Shown here: one piece after another, positions 25,929 to 39,035 of the stretch
How the letters are laid out: each line of letters begins with the position of its first letter
How positions within the stretch are numbered: position 1 is the first letter of the stretch
Source of the DNA: the human T2T-CHM13v2.0 reference genome, Homo sapiens
Strand: one strand, 5' to 3'
Assembly (NCBI RefSeq): GCF_009914755.1
Contig: NC_060929.1
Length of the DNA: 64,000 bases
Made by a program: the position numbers and the translations under genes
Notes under the pieces: generated by a model
What the model saw: the letters and a program-made list of their open reading frames with translations, nothing else
What the model was told of the DNA's origin: nothing
Databases searched by the model: none

Positions 25929-27261
25929 AGCTAGCCTTTCATTTTATTTATACCCATGACACTGTGACACAGGATCTAATTTTCCATTGTATTTTTTCCT
26001 CTGTTGGGAACCAAGTGATGACAAGTAAATTTGTGCCTGAGCCTGGAAAATATTTTAAATTTGAAGACAGGGACGATACGAGAGTCTAAGTCTATCTCCA
26101 TCCTGCCCCTCTCCCCTTGAATTACTAAATTAACTATGGAACAGGGCAAAGGAGTAACACTCTGACAGGGCATGGCAGCCTGAGAAGTCAGAGCTGGAAG
26201 CATCCAGTTGCCTGCTCTTCACTTGTGTCAGGCTGTTCCTTCCTGGCACGGGGGCTGGAGGGAGGCCAGGGAGCAGCGAGGCTGCACGGCAGCCCTGGCA
26301 CAGAGCCTCGGCTGCCGTCTGGGGATGAAACTGGGCTCTGGCACCAGGAGCGTGGTTCCAGCTCCCTGACCCAGAACTGCCTGTGCAGGGGCTGCTCTGC
26401 CACTTGTGCCCTGGTGGGACCCCACTCCTCCTGCCCCTCTGAGGCAGGGCAGATTCAGGAGCAGAGCTGGATCTGGATGGAATGGCAAGTCAGGGATGCT
26501 GGGGCGAAGGCAAGTCATATCCCTTCTGCAGAAGCAGCCTTTAGGGATGTGCCTGTGATGGGGAAGAGAATGGCATGTGTGTTCAGCAAGTGACAGAGTG
26601 GGCTTTACCGCAGCTCCTTCCTCTGCTGCCAGACCAGTGGCCTCAGCTCCATCAACAGCCTCCCTCCATTACTCCCCATGGCTTCAGGTCCAGACACAGC
26701 ATTTCTGACATGGGTCCCTCCTCCCACTCTGAAATGGAAGCTCCACCTCGTCCCTGCAGACCTGCCATGTTTTCAGTAGGGCCTCTTTTCACCAGCTTTG
26801 CAATCATGTTTTTCAGCCTCTAACTCCAGAGAAATCTTGACTTCCTTGTACTCAGTTCAGAAGACGTTTGTTATTCAGGATTCTGATGCAGAGGTCTGAT
26901 AAGAGAGGCCTCAGGCCTTCTGAGTTAGTAAAACCAACAGAGTCTGGGGATTCAAAAAATCCAAGAAGCACAAGGACAGCCACACCCTGAGAGTTGGCGC
27001 AGTGCCAGCTCCTGTCACTTGAACTCTTCCAGGATATTTAGACATGGGTGTCAGTGAGTTTTCACTACATTTACCTTGGTGGTTGTGTTTGATTTTGTTT
27101 GCTTGCTTTTGGAAACAAAGTGTTTCCCGTAGCACCAACACAGTCAGACCTGTGTTTTATTGATAAGATGAGAGAGCATAATAGCAGGGGCGCAGTTCAG
27201 CTTTGGGAGGTGGGGGCTGGGAAACCCCTCTGTAGAGCTACAGTTCACATAAAGCCTAGAA

Positions 27262-27429
27262 CGGTGCTTCTCACGTTTTAACGTACATCACAATCACCTG
27301 GAGGGATTGTTAAAACACAGGTTTCAAGGGCTGACCCCCAACGTCTGAGGTGGACCCCAAGAATTTGTGTCTCCAAGTTCCAAGTGACACTGAGGCTGCT
27401 ATTTGGAGACCACACTTTGAGAACTACTG
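27262..27429 (-). mobile_element. MER5A (hAT-Charlie)
   Basis: atcacctggagggattgttaaaacacag...gaccacactttgagaactactg; TSD gcctagaa/gcctaaat. Confidence 0.85.
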
Positions 27430-28169
27430 GCCTAAATGGCAAGTAGGAAGTAGCCAGGGAAAGAGAGTAGGAGAGGAGGTCAGAGCAGGCAGCAGCAGCA
27501 TGTGCAAATACCCGAGTTGAAAAGGAGTTTGGTGGCTGCAGGGAATGGAAAGATCAGCATGTCTGGAAGGCAGTGGATTGGCAGCTGTGTGGCTTGAGGT
27601 AATCTAAGAGATACACCTGACCCTCATCCCCATCCTGAAACTCACTCCAACGAAGCTACCTCCAGTTTGTCTTAGACACACCTCCAGTGTGTCTAAGAAG
27701 AATGGTTCCACTGAGCCCTGGAGGTGTGCTACTGCAGCTTGGGATAATCAAACTGTGCCGACCCTGTGGATAGTGTGAGTGCTGAAAGTGATTAGGTATG
27801 CAAAGGGCTGAGTGCAGAGTAAATGCTCAGTGCACTGTAGTTTTCTCTCCTCCCTGACTTGAAACACGGCTCTATCTCAAGTTCCCTATTTTAGCTATAC
27901 GAAGACATGTTCCTGAATTGGTGCTGAGGTGCTATCCTGCACCTGCAAGCAAAAAGGATTAATGTGGAGGTTACCCCTGAGACCTGAACTAGGGTCCTGT
28001 TGAGTAGATGGCTATAGCTAAGAAATCTGGATGCCGCTTCCTAAGAGCAGTTTTGGGCATGTATGTGTTTTCCTCCATCATACCCAACTGATAAATGTCT
28101 CAGGTTTTTAAACCAAAGGAAGCATAGGTTAGGTTTTTGGAGCCAGAGTGCACAATTGGCCTTAGATCA

Positions 28170-28445
28170 ATTCCTTTCAGACTGCATTTATTGAGCGCTT
28201 ACTCTGTGCCAGGTACAATATTAAGTCTGGGAAGACAAAAGTGAACAAGACTGGGTCCCTTCTCTTAAGGAGCTCATGGTCTCACTGGGAGCTGGACACG
28301 TAATTAACCACAGAGCAGTGGGATAAAAGCCACAACAAAAGTCTACACAGAGGGCAAGGAAAACTCGGGAGAGGGAGCAGTTCTGCCTGGGGATGTCAGA
28401 GAAGGTCACAGATAGAAAGTGACATCTGAGCCAAGCCTGGAAAGG
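28170..28445 (-). mobile_element. L2 3' fragment
   Basis: catttattgagcgcttactctgtgccagg...ctcttaaggagctcatggtct. Confidence 0.75.
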
Positions 28446-29539
28446 AAACTTCTAGAGAATAAGCAGGACTGAGGATAAAGGAACACATCTCCTTTAAGAA
28501 CTTTCTTGTTATTGTTTTAAGCTCTGAACTAAATCATCGTTATGAGTTTCTAGGAGATACATGGCCACATGGTGTTAAATTTGATTTAAAATATTGCATA
28601 AGCCGATATATATAGAAACACATATGGAAACAATCTGAAAATATTTCTCCTCAAATATAGTGCCATTTGCTTTTACGAATTTGCTATTTCTAGATAAATA
28701 TGTGAAATATGGTTTGGTCTTCTGAGACTCAGAAGAAATTATATCACTGTCCCAAGAAAAAAATAACTTTGGTTGCTAATTCATTCATTCATTTAGTCAG
28801 TCAACAAACATTTAGTTAGGAATTTCAATTTTTGAAGCACTACAATAGTCCATCAGGGTAAACAAAAAGATGTAAGACATTGTCTTGAGCTCAGGACTCT
28901 TCAAAACTTGGGAGTGAGAAAAATACCTGAACACAAATAATTCTAACACGAATCAGGAGTATATGATATGGATGAGTACAAAGAAAATGCTCCAAGTATC
29001 TAGAGGAAAACAAGCTATTTTCTGATGGAAATAATTGGAGAAAGCTTGATCATTTACGAAGGCGAATTCATTTGCATAGGCCTTGTAGTGTGGAAAGGGA
29101 TTGGACTTAACAGAAACAAGCATTGGGGAGGTATTCCAGGCAGATGGAAGTTTGTGAACAAAACAGGTGGGAAACCTGAGGTCACTTGGAAATGGCACTT
29201 TGTCCTATTTAGGGGTATGACTTGGGGAAAGAACTGAAATAGATGGATGTCAGTCTCACAGCATAGTTTGAACTTCATTCCACTGGCTGTGGCTTCTCGG
29301 AATTTGAAATGCCAAGCATTTGTCACTTGGTTCCTTGTACATTTGTTTCAGTTGGCACCTCAGGCTTGACCTTAATCCTGGCATAATTCTGTCCGGCCCA
29401 TAGAAAAATTTTTAAAATATCAATCTGTGTATGCTGGGAGTAGTAAAATCACAATGCAGCTCTAAAGCCACAGATTGAAAGTTGACCCTTTTCTTCGGGA
29501 ATTTATGATTCCACATCTGGAGGTTGCAAGAGATGGGTT

Positions 29540-29902
29540 TTGTGTCCAAGTCCCTTCAGGAAACAGGTGAGGGCTTATTTACACAGGTGTGGGCAGGGTT
29601 AAAAAATGGTGCAGTGTCTGTGGGCTTGTGAGAGCCAGGAAGCTGTTTCCACTCCCTAGGCAGGTGGTAATGGGGCAGGGGATGAAGCCAACAATGGAAC
29701 TTGGAAAGACTTCTGGGTTGCCGCGGAGGGATGGAGGTCCAGCCCTGTGCTCGTGCCTTTCATTGGCTGAACCTGACTGACTGGAAGCCAGAGGGCCAGG
29801 GACCCATTGATGAATTCCCCACAGGTCAGACTCCTAGGGCACAGGATGAGGGGAGGAAGGATGGAGATGATCTGGAGGGGCAGACAGAGCCTATCCAGCA
29901 CA
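29540..29902 (-). mobile_element. LTR33-like ERVL LTR
   Basis: ggaagccagagggccagggacccattga...gatctggaggggcagacagagcctatccagcaca. Confidence 0.6.
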
Positions 29903-32689
29903 ATCCTTTCTAGCTTTAATATTTCTGTGATGCCAAAACAACCCAAACTACAGTCAGCCTTCATTTGACAAGTATATTCTAAACACCCAACTTTTTCTCA
30001 GCAATTTATTTATTAAAAAAAGAAAGGGAGTCGATTGGATGGATAGATGAATGCGTGGATGGGGAAGAAGCCTCTGACTGGGAAAATTCATAAAATAATA
30101 ACTCAACTAGATTGCAAGCTTGGCAAACTCAGGGACTGGGCTGGGTTTGTTCATTGTTGACTCCTCAGTGGCCAGCACTGTGCCTGAACTTTAGTAGGCC
30201 CACAATAAACATTTGTCTGAATAACCTGACTGATGAAACATCAAGAGCACCAAACAACATAAAATATGCAATTGGGAGTCTTGGGACAGGATAAGTCAAA
30301 GTTGGGGTAAGGAGCTAACATGCTTGCACCTAGGAGAAGCAGACAATGACGGTGTTTGTTAATTCTGCTTCTAGTAACTTTTATGCCAAAGCTTCTAAGC
30401 ACTTCTCAGGGAACAAAGAACATCTGATGGTGATGGAGAGATAAAGGACAGTCTGTCCCTCAATCATAACTAGTCACTTAAAAGAGCAACATTAGAACAC
30501 TTATATCCCAACCTCAATTAATTCATCCATTTATTTATCCAGTGAAAATTTATTGAGTGCTGATTTTGTATTTGGAAATTCAGAAATAAGACAGAAACAG
30601 CCTCAGCCTTCAAGGAGCTTAGTCTGGTTGGAACTAAAGATAAGACATTAGGAAATACCAGTACTAGTGCTGACTAGGGGGAGCACAGGCTGCTGAGGGA
30701 GCAACAGGAAACCTGGGACAGGCAGTGGGTGTCGGAGTAGGTAAGTTGAGCATGGAAGGACTTTTCCACTTGTTTACTTGTTTCTGGCTTCCATCCCTCC
30801 ACCAGCCATTCACCCCTCCACCATCATCACCCAAACAGTATGTAAGCAAATGGTTTGTAATGCATATTTCTTTGATTTGGATGCATGTTACACCAGAGTG
30901 CCATAACCCAGCCAATAAACACATATATAGGGTAGAGTCCCATCAGCTAATCAGTGAATGCATGTAGAGGTGGTACCATCAGCCAATCAGTGAACACACT
31001 TGGAGGGTATGCTCCTTCCTCCAGAGTTTTTGGCAGAGAAAGAGAACAAGAGGTCAGAAGAGCACAAAGTGGGTGTCTGGGTTGGAAGGAGGAGATGACA
31101 GGTACAGGAATAGAGGCTGGAGATCTTGTAGACAAATCTGACTGCTGAATATTTTGGAGGATTAGTACTATTTATCTTCAACTCTTTGCAAACAAATGGA
31201 AAGTATGTGAGGAGGTTTATGTGTGCTTGTTTGGCTTTTTTGGCCTCTAGCAACTGTTGGGTACAAGATCTCAGAAAGTTACTGATCTGCATGGTCTATA
31301 TTAACACTGATTCATCTGACTTAAGAAGGTGGTTGTTGGCTGATTTTTAAATATTGGCAATTTTGTTACAAAATTGCTTCATTCTCAGAGGTTTTGTTAA
31401 TCAGGATATTCATGTATTTAACTTGAGGATTATGACTGGTAATGGGAGGAAAAAGCAATTTGGGGAGAAGAAACAGAAGGGAAGATAAAGAATAGCAAGT
31501 GAGTCAAAATGGAAGGGCGAATATTTCCTAATTTATCTATATTGCCCTCTTTTTTTAATGTGAAGCCTACTAGAGTTGTGAGAATTTGCTGAAAATACAT
31601 TTTAATTGTTAGTTACATTTGGGAAATTGAAGTGCTTTTTAATTTACTCCCTTTCTCCCCCCATCTCATTTTTCAAAGGAAAGAAAAATGCTTCTAGCTC
31701 TAGAAAGTGTAGCGGAGTTAAGTGTATGTGTGTCTGGGGCGGGGGTGGTGGTGCGTGGCATGCGTTTTATTTTCTATGAGAACATTACTTCTGTTAGGGA
31801 ATAACTCTCCATTTGCAGTCTTTAAGGCATTTTGACTTTTGATGAATTTCTTTACTATTAGCACACTCTGTCCTTGGCCTGGAAGAAGTTATGCTGGGAC
31901 CAACCACTGGCCTGAGAGCTGATTCTCTTACCTTCTGGCCATCTGCTTAAGTCTCCTTTGTCCTACTCTCTGTTCAGCCCTTGAAGGTCAGTAGTCTGTT
32001 TTGAAGCTTGGTCTGCAGGTCTCCTTCTCAGAGCTTCCTCTCTTACCTATATATTGATGCTGCATGAATTTTTAGCTGTCACCCAAATACTTCCCTTCAC
32101 ATGTAGACCTGTGTTTCTTCTTACCTATTAGGTATCCTTCCTGGGTGTCAACACACTCAAAACTTCTCCCTCTCAGTGTTTGTTCTTGCCCACCCTGTCT
32201 CTGTTTTTATGGGAGGTACCAGCATCCCCACTCACAGCCACTGAGTCAGTCACCCACTCACATCCATGTATATGATCCCTTACCAAGTCCTAGTGTATTC
32301 CTGAATGCCTTTCCTATTCTTTCCTTTTTTTTCCATCCCCAAAGCCACTGCTCTCATCAGCTCTTTCTGGGTTATTATTGTTATTAATTATCTCTCTCTC
32401 CTCCACTGGTCTTCACTATATGCTTCCCTCAACCACCAGCTTTTTATTTATACTGTACACATCTCCATGACTATTCCTTGTGTCAAATCTTTCAGGAGCT
32501 CTCCGTTTTCTAGCTCTTCATGTCAGTGAACAAGTCGTTGAAACAGCTTCATTCTCTCTGAGCAGGTTTTCCTCCTATCGCATGGGCCTCAGCTCCCTGG
32601 GCTCTGCTGGTATCTCCTCCGCTGCGTGACCTTGAAGAGTTGGCAGACCCAGAGTATGGTTCTCCACCCTCTTCTCCTTTCTGATGGCA

Positions 32690-33693
32690 CCCTCCTCCCC
32701 ACCACCTTAGGTGACCTCATCCAACCCCACAGCTCACAGTAGCATCTATACACTAATGACTCTCAAATTTATGGCTCTAGCCCTGACCTGTCTACTGAGC
32801 TCACACATAGATCCAGCTGCCTCTTTGACATCTTCACTCTAATAGAGATTCTTATTTCACAAGGCCCAAGCAGAACTCTTGATTTCCCACCCATTCTCTT
32901 CCTGATCCTGTCCCATGTCTCAGAGAATGGTACTACTGCCCACCCATTAGCTCAGGTCAAAAACCTAAGGGTTATCTTGTTTTTTTCCTTCTCCTTACTC
33001 CGCTCCCCACATCCAACCCATCACAGGTCCTGTCAACCTTGCATTCAAAATTCATGCATCCTGAACCTGACCCTCTCTATCCATCTCCCCTGCCTTCTGC
33101 CTAGTAACCCCCATCTCTTATGTGGATGGCTCTGACATCCTCCTGCCCTAGCAGTTTCCACCCTTCATCCCTAGAATTGATTCTCCACACAGGGACCAGA
33201 GGGATTTTCAGAAAGCAAATTATATTGTGTTTCTTCTCTGCTTAAAATTCTCCCAAGGCCTCCTCCCTGGCCTGGACTGTTGTCACTTCCTTGAACTCAC
33301 CAAGCTTTTTCCTGCCTTAAGGATTTTGCATTTGCAATTCCCTTCCCTGGAATCCTATTCTCCCCAGATCTTTGCATTCCCAGCTCCCTTGGGATGATTC
33401 ATGTGCCAGTTTAAACATCCCCTCCCAGGGAAGCCTTCTCAGACTTCCCAAACTAAAGTGGACTCTGCCTCAGCTTCTCTGTATTACAGTAAGTTGTTTT
33501 ATTATCTTCAGATCATGATACAATGATCATTTTCTTTTCTTGTTAATTGTCTCTCTTCCTCCACTAGAATGTAAGCATCATGACAAGTATGGATTCATCT
33601 TACAAATTTATCTTACAGATCTATCCTCAGCACCTAAAATAATTCTTGGCATATAGTAGTTGCTCAAAAATATTTGTTGAGTGAATGAATGAA
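32690..33693 (+). mobile_element. L2a 3' ~1 kb
   Basis: ggtgacctcatccaacccc...tgactctcaaatttat...ctcaaaaatatttgttgagtgaatgaatgaa. Confidence 0.85.
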
Positions 33694-33742
33694 TATATAA
33701 TTGCATAAATTTGCCTCTGTGATAAAATACCTCACCACCGAT

Positions 33743-33810
33743 TTATATATATGCATGTATATAAATGTGTGTATATCTATATATATAGATACGCACATAC
33801 ATATATATGT
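33743..33810. repeat. Degenerate (TA)n/(TATG)n microsatellite
   Basis: tatatatatgcatgtatataaatgtgtgtatatctatatatatagata. Confidence 0.7.
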
Positions 33811-34881
33811 TAGCTTGTTAGCATCATCAACATCTTCAATCTTTGAAGAAGAAAGACTGGAAACCTGTTCAAGGGAACCTAAATGGTGCATCCCATTTGT
33901 TTTAACCTCATCAGTGAAACCAGAATGGGGTTATCAGTAGATAACTGCTGCTCTTCCAGCCCTGAGTGGTCGGGCTTCTATTTGTGTCCTCTTAGAAAAC
34001 TATTTTCTTCTTTTCCCATATCTTTGCTTGTTGAGTTATACATCGGAAGCAGGTAGATTCCACTGCACGTCCAGGGTGACCAGAAACCGACTAGCCACCA
34101 GCCACGCGAAAGCCACCTCACTCCCACTCGTATTCCAAACAACTAGACACGCAGCACCGTAGGCAAAGCTGTGAATGGGGTGAAGTTGGTTTTGTTGCCC
34201 TTTTCCATCACCCTAGCGCTGTCTACCCTTCCCAGGGAAGCAGTGTAGGAAGAAGAGAGTGATCAACAGAGTCTTATGAAGGTTTTAGAGGCACAAAGAG
34301 TTACTGCAAAATAGAAACATTTACAGTTTTTAAACTTAAGGATAGAGCAATGCCGAAGCAATTTAAAAAAACATTTTAAGGACATTTCAAGCCCTGTCAA
34401 ATGTGGGTGGAGGAGATATTCATGGGCATGAGCAGGAGGAGGGTGGATTCTTTGGCACATCTCAGTTGGATGATGTCATATTGACTACTACCTACTCGCC
34501 CAGGTTAGTCCAGAGGGAGAGGACACGGGCCCACACTGAGCCTGTTTCCCTACTGGCGGTAAGGATGCAAAGGGACAGACAGAGAGCAGTGATGCAATAA
34601 TGGAAGTGGTGGCTGGTTGATATGGAGAGCAAGGGAGAAGAAGGAAAGCCAGATGGCCATGGTTTGAATTTGGAGAGTTGTTAGTAGCATGAACCACTAG
34701 GAATCAGATTTGGAAGGGAGATGATGCTTTATGGTTCAGAAGCTTTCGTTGCGTGATATTGATGGAACTCATGCTTGGAGTTGTCCAGGAGGCCATGGGG
34801 AGCATGAGAGCAGAGCTTCACTATGAGATTTTAGATACCCCAGCCCCACCTCCAGCTAGACTTGGAATTCTGTGCCTTTGG

Positions 34882-35011
34882 TTTCTTTTCTCTTTTCCTT
34901 CTTTCCTTCCTTCCCTTTGCTTCAGTTCCCTTTCCTTCTCTTTCTTCCTCCTGTCCCTTCTCTTTCTTTCTTCTTCCTTTTTCTCTCTCCCTTCTTCTTT
35001 TTTCCTCTTTT
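34882..35011. repeat. CT-rich polypyrimidine low-complexity tract
   Basis: ~130 bp almost entirely C/T. Confidence 0.85.
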
Positions 35012-35174
35012 AAAATCTTCTACCACTCCACAGTCTCTTCAAGGTGCATGGTAGGTGATAAATATCCAGTGGGTTGAGTGTTGGGCTCTGTTTCGCTGTA
35101 TGATGGCAGAAGTGGAGGAAAAAAAACCATGTTTAAACATGAGGCATCCAAAGACACTTAAAACCTAACAACTA

Positions 35175-35894
35175 CAGTATCCCCCACTTACCCGCAAGGG
35201 ATATGTTCCAGGATTCCCAGTGGCTGCCTGGAACCACAGATAGTAATGAACCCTGTGTACACTATGTTTTTTCCTATACATACGTACCTATGATAAAGTT
35301 TAATTTGTAAATTAGGCACAGTAAGAGACTGATGATAATAAGTAATAACAAAATAAAACAATCATAACAATAGACTAATAAAAGTTATGTGAATGTGGTC
35401 TCTAGCTCTCAAAATATCTTAGCGTACTGTAGGTCTTAGCGACCTCAACATACAATTATTTTTCTTTCCTTATTAAGTCAAGAACTTTTATCTTTTCACT
35501 TAAAGGAAGCGCATTACAGCTTCTCTTTGGTATATAGAATGGCCAGCATCACTGCTCTTGCACTTTGGGGCCATTATTAAATAAAATAAGGGTGCCTTGA
35601 ACACCAGCACTGGAATACCACAACAGTAAAACTGATAGCCAAGGTGTCTACTCAGTGACTCACGGGGGATGTGGTGGAGGTAGTGGATATAGCATGGAGA
35701 CACTAGACAAAGGGACGATTCACGTTCTGGGCAGGACGGAAGCAGGACACCTCTAGATGTTACCAGAATGGCATGCAATTTACAACTTACCAATGGTTTG
35801 TTCTGGAATTTTTCAATTTAATATTTTTGGACCACTGTTGACTGTGGGTCACTGAATTGCAGAAACTTAAACTGTGGATAAGTGGGGACTACTG
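35175..35894 (+). mobile_element. MER44 (MER44C-like, Tigger family)
   Basis: Terminal inverted repeats cagtatcccccacttacccgc / gtggataagtggggactactg, TA on both sides, ~720 bp. Confidence 0.88.
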
Positions 35895-36510
35895 TATGTG
35901 CAAACCATCAGAACTCAGGCTAGTGGTTTTAAGATACTGTCAATTTTTATGCAATATCTCAGGAAAAAATAGACAACCTCCCAGTTGCCACAGACATGTA
36001 CTGTAAGCAGACGTCCTCCTAGTACTTCTTAACTGGCTCTTCTGGAAAATTCTCACTCTCTCAGAAGTGAATAGTATGGCTTTTCTTTTTCTTTTATAGA
36101 TAGAAGAGGAATTCAGAGGATTTGGTGCCTTTATCCTTCCTCATCATCTCTTTGTTGTTTTTCTCTTTTTGTTTTCCATTTAACTTATTTATTTTTCTTT
36201 CAGAAAACATTTATTTTTAACCTGGGTCAATGTACCCTGAGTTTTTCAAACTGTCCTTTAATCTGTTGGGTTGTTTTTGCATCAGACTTTATTAAAGTTA
36301 TTCTTTTGCCTTGCTTTACCTTCCACAAATCTCAGCCTGCACTTAATGCTTTACTTTCTGATTTCGTTGCTGTTCTGCTTTTCCTTGTCTACCCAGGCCT
36401 AAAAAGACTATGAGTGTGAAATAATGATAGATCATGCTGTTAATTTAAATCACCTTGGCCCTTCTACCTAACCCCCTTTGCCTCACTTTTCCTTCTGTGG
36501 AAGGACAAAG

Positions 36511-37043
36511 TATATTCGTTTGCTATTGCTACATAACAAAGTACAAATTCAGTGGTTTACAATAACACATATTTATTATTTCACAGTTTCTGTGGGTCAG
36601 AGCCTGGGCATGGCTTTACTAGATCCTCTGTTTTAAGATTACTCTGAAAGCGGCAATCAATATCTCAGCTGGGGCTGCAGTTGCATCTCAAGGCTCAGTT
36701 AGGGAAGGGTTCACTTTCAGGCTCTCCTGATTTTTGGCAGAATTTACCTCCTTTCAGTTTGTTGGACCGAGGGCCCTTGAACAAAGGCACCCTCAGTTCC
36801 CTGCCGGGTGGGCCTCCCCAGTATGGCTGCATGTTTTATCAAAGCCAGCAAGAGAAAGCCTCTACTAGCAAAACTGTATAACTTAATCTATGAAGTGTCA
36901 TTTGGTCACCTTTGCCATGTTCCATAGGTGGGCAGCAAGTCAAGTCACAAGTTCCATCCACACTCAAGGGGAGGGGACAACACAAGGGCATGGACACCAG
37001 GCAATGGGGATCATTGGGAGTCATCTTGAAGTTTGTCCACACA
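36511..37043 (-). mobile_element. MLT1F-like LTR
   Basis: attgctacataacaaa...cacagtttctgtgggtcag...ggggatcattgggagtcatcttgaagtttgtccacaca. Confidence 0.8.
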
Positions 37044-37655
37044 TGGAGGAATGCTTTTGTGAAAAAATGCTTGGGCTCCTAGAAAAACGTGGCGAAGGCC
37101 ATATTCATACTGCATTCATGCCTTTTTGTAGGCCTTTATGACTAATGTCAAAAATAATAATTTTTCCTCGTTTTATTTCTAAAAATGACTTATTTTTCTT
37201 TTCTGCCATTAGAAATCTCATCAGCCTTTCTGGATGAGAAAGTCAGCAGGAACAGATTGTTGTTGGTCTTGGTTTTGGCTGGACTGACTCAGCACTGTGG
37301 GCAGCTGAGAAGGAAAAGGCCTTGCAAATGCTCTCTAGACCTTAGTTCAAAATCCCTCCACCCCAGAGGAGCCAGGTATGGGCCAGGCATGGTAATAGCT
37401 GCAAGCAAGATGCCAGGACCATTTAAGGCTGAGGCATTTAATTAGGTACAATGTATTACTTCCTGAAAGTGTATGAAAGCTTCATAGTGTCTGCTTAGAC
37501 ATTTAGTGATAGCAGCTACCTACCCAGATTGGAGGGGATTTGGGTGGGGGGCGGCTCTAGAAGCTTAGCTGCACCTTTGGTTTGATCCGTGTTTGACTCA
37601 TGTTTGTAAATTGTCCCTACAATTAAGGCTGAGGGATAACTTCAGCCCCTAATAG

Positions 37656-37895
<240 letters not shown>

Positions 37896-38370
37896 TAGTG
37901 TATATGATTGTGAGTTGAGGGCTGCAGGCAAATCTGATCTTTCAGCGTTTTCCTGGGGGCAAAGGCCCAACGAGAGGAAAGTGGAGACCTGTAAAGGGGG
38001 TGTTGGGAATCCGAATCCTGAGTCCCAAGAAAGGCTCCAGGTTTGGCAGCTCCAGCGAGGCTGGACTTCCCTCGAGGGGCCAGGAAGGTGTTGCCCAGAG
38101 CGGAGCAGCTCAGCGGGCTCAAAGTCTTGGCTCCACACCCCGGGAGGGGCGCTAGGACCCAGGCACCCGCCGGCCCGGGGACGCGTCTGGAAAGTGAAGG
38201 CGCGGAGGCTCAGGCTCGCTGCCAGAGTCCCACGGAGCAACCAGAGCCTTCACGTGGGCACGAGGCCCGGGGAGTGGGGTGCAGGGTGCGCCAGGCCGGT
38301 GCCCTCTGTGCGGGGCTAAGGCGCCAGGCACGGGCACCACCAGGGCGCCCAGGAGCCGCCCGCCGCCGGC

Positions 38371-38406
38371 ATGGACCAGCTGTACTGCCCACCGAGCGCG
38401 TGCCAG
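38371..38406 (+). CDS. PDE8B: Coding part of a short first exon (MDQLYCPPSACQ); probable upstream alternative exon 1 of cAMP phosphodiesterase 8B
   Basis: gccgccggcATGG strong Kozak (-3 G, +4 G), 12 codons, then CAG|GTGAGC consensus donor in phase 0 inside the CpG island. The gene name is inferred from recalled locus layout; downstream exons are not in the window. Confidence 0.62.
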
Positions 38407-38884
38407 GTGAGCCCCCAGCGCGGGGGACCGCGCAGCCCTCGGCCGCCCCCTCACACCTGGGTACCCGGCCGCTGGCACAAGCCCAGAGCCGGCTTCAGGG
38501 CCCCCTTTCAGACACCCAGGTGCTAGGGTGGCTTTTTTTCTTTTCTTTTCGCCCTTAGTCCCTGCGTGTCCTAGTGCCAACTACCTCCTTCCTTTCCAGG
38601 CGGGAAGCACCTCGAGCGTCTAGTGTAACCGTCAGGTTTATTATTCCCAATAATAATTGACCACAGACAGCCGCCGTTCGCGTCCACCTGGCGCTTCTCA
38701 GCAGGAGCTGGACCTGTTTCTCCGTCGGGCCGGCTCCTCGGGCTGCTGTTGCGCCTGGTGTTTTCCACGCTTCCCCGGCGCGGGACGGTGGGGCCCCTGC
38801 ATTCCTCCTCGTGCTTCCAGTGGCTGCAAAGCTGCCTCCCCTTCTGAGTAGTGAGTCGCCGGCAGCCCCAGCGTGGGGTGTGTA

Positions 38885-38887
<3 letters not shown>

Positions 38888-38923
<36 letters not shown>

Positions 38924-38929
38924 GCGCGC
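38888..38929. repeat. (GT)16 microsatellite followed by (GC)4
   Basis: gtgtgt...gtgtttgcgcgcgca. Confidence 0.95.
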
Positions 38930-38971
38930 ACCTCAGTGCCTAGCTCCAGCGCTCGGGACTCTGCAATGGGG

Positions 38972-39035
38972 CACCCACCCCTACCCCTACCCCTACCCCA
39001 ACCCCCACCCCCACCACCATCCCCACCCTCACCCT
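38972..39035. repeat. (CCCTAC/CCCCAC)n C-rich repeat, G4 (-) / i-motif (+) potential
   Basis: cacccacccctacccctacccctaccccaacccccacccccacc. Confidence 0.8.

Noticed and set aside
25865-26089. 74-aa ORF or possible exon around the CRE
   Set aside because: No convincing acceptor/donor pair or homology; lncRNA exons cannot be called from sequence alone.
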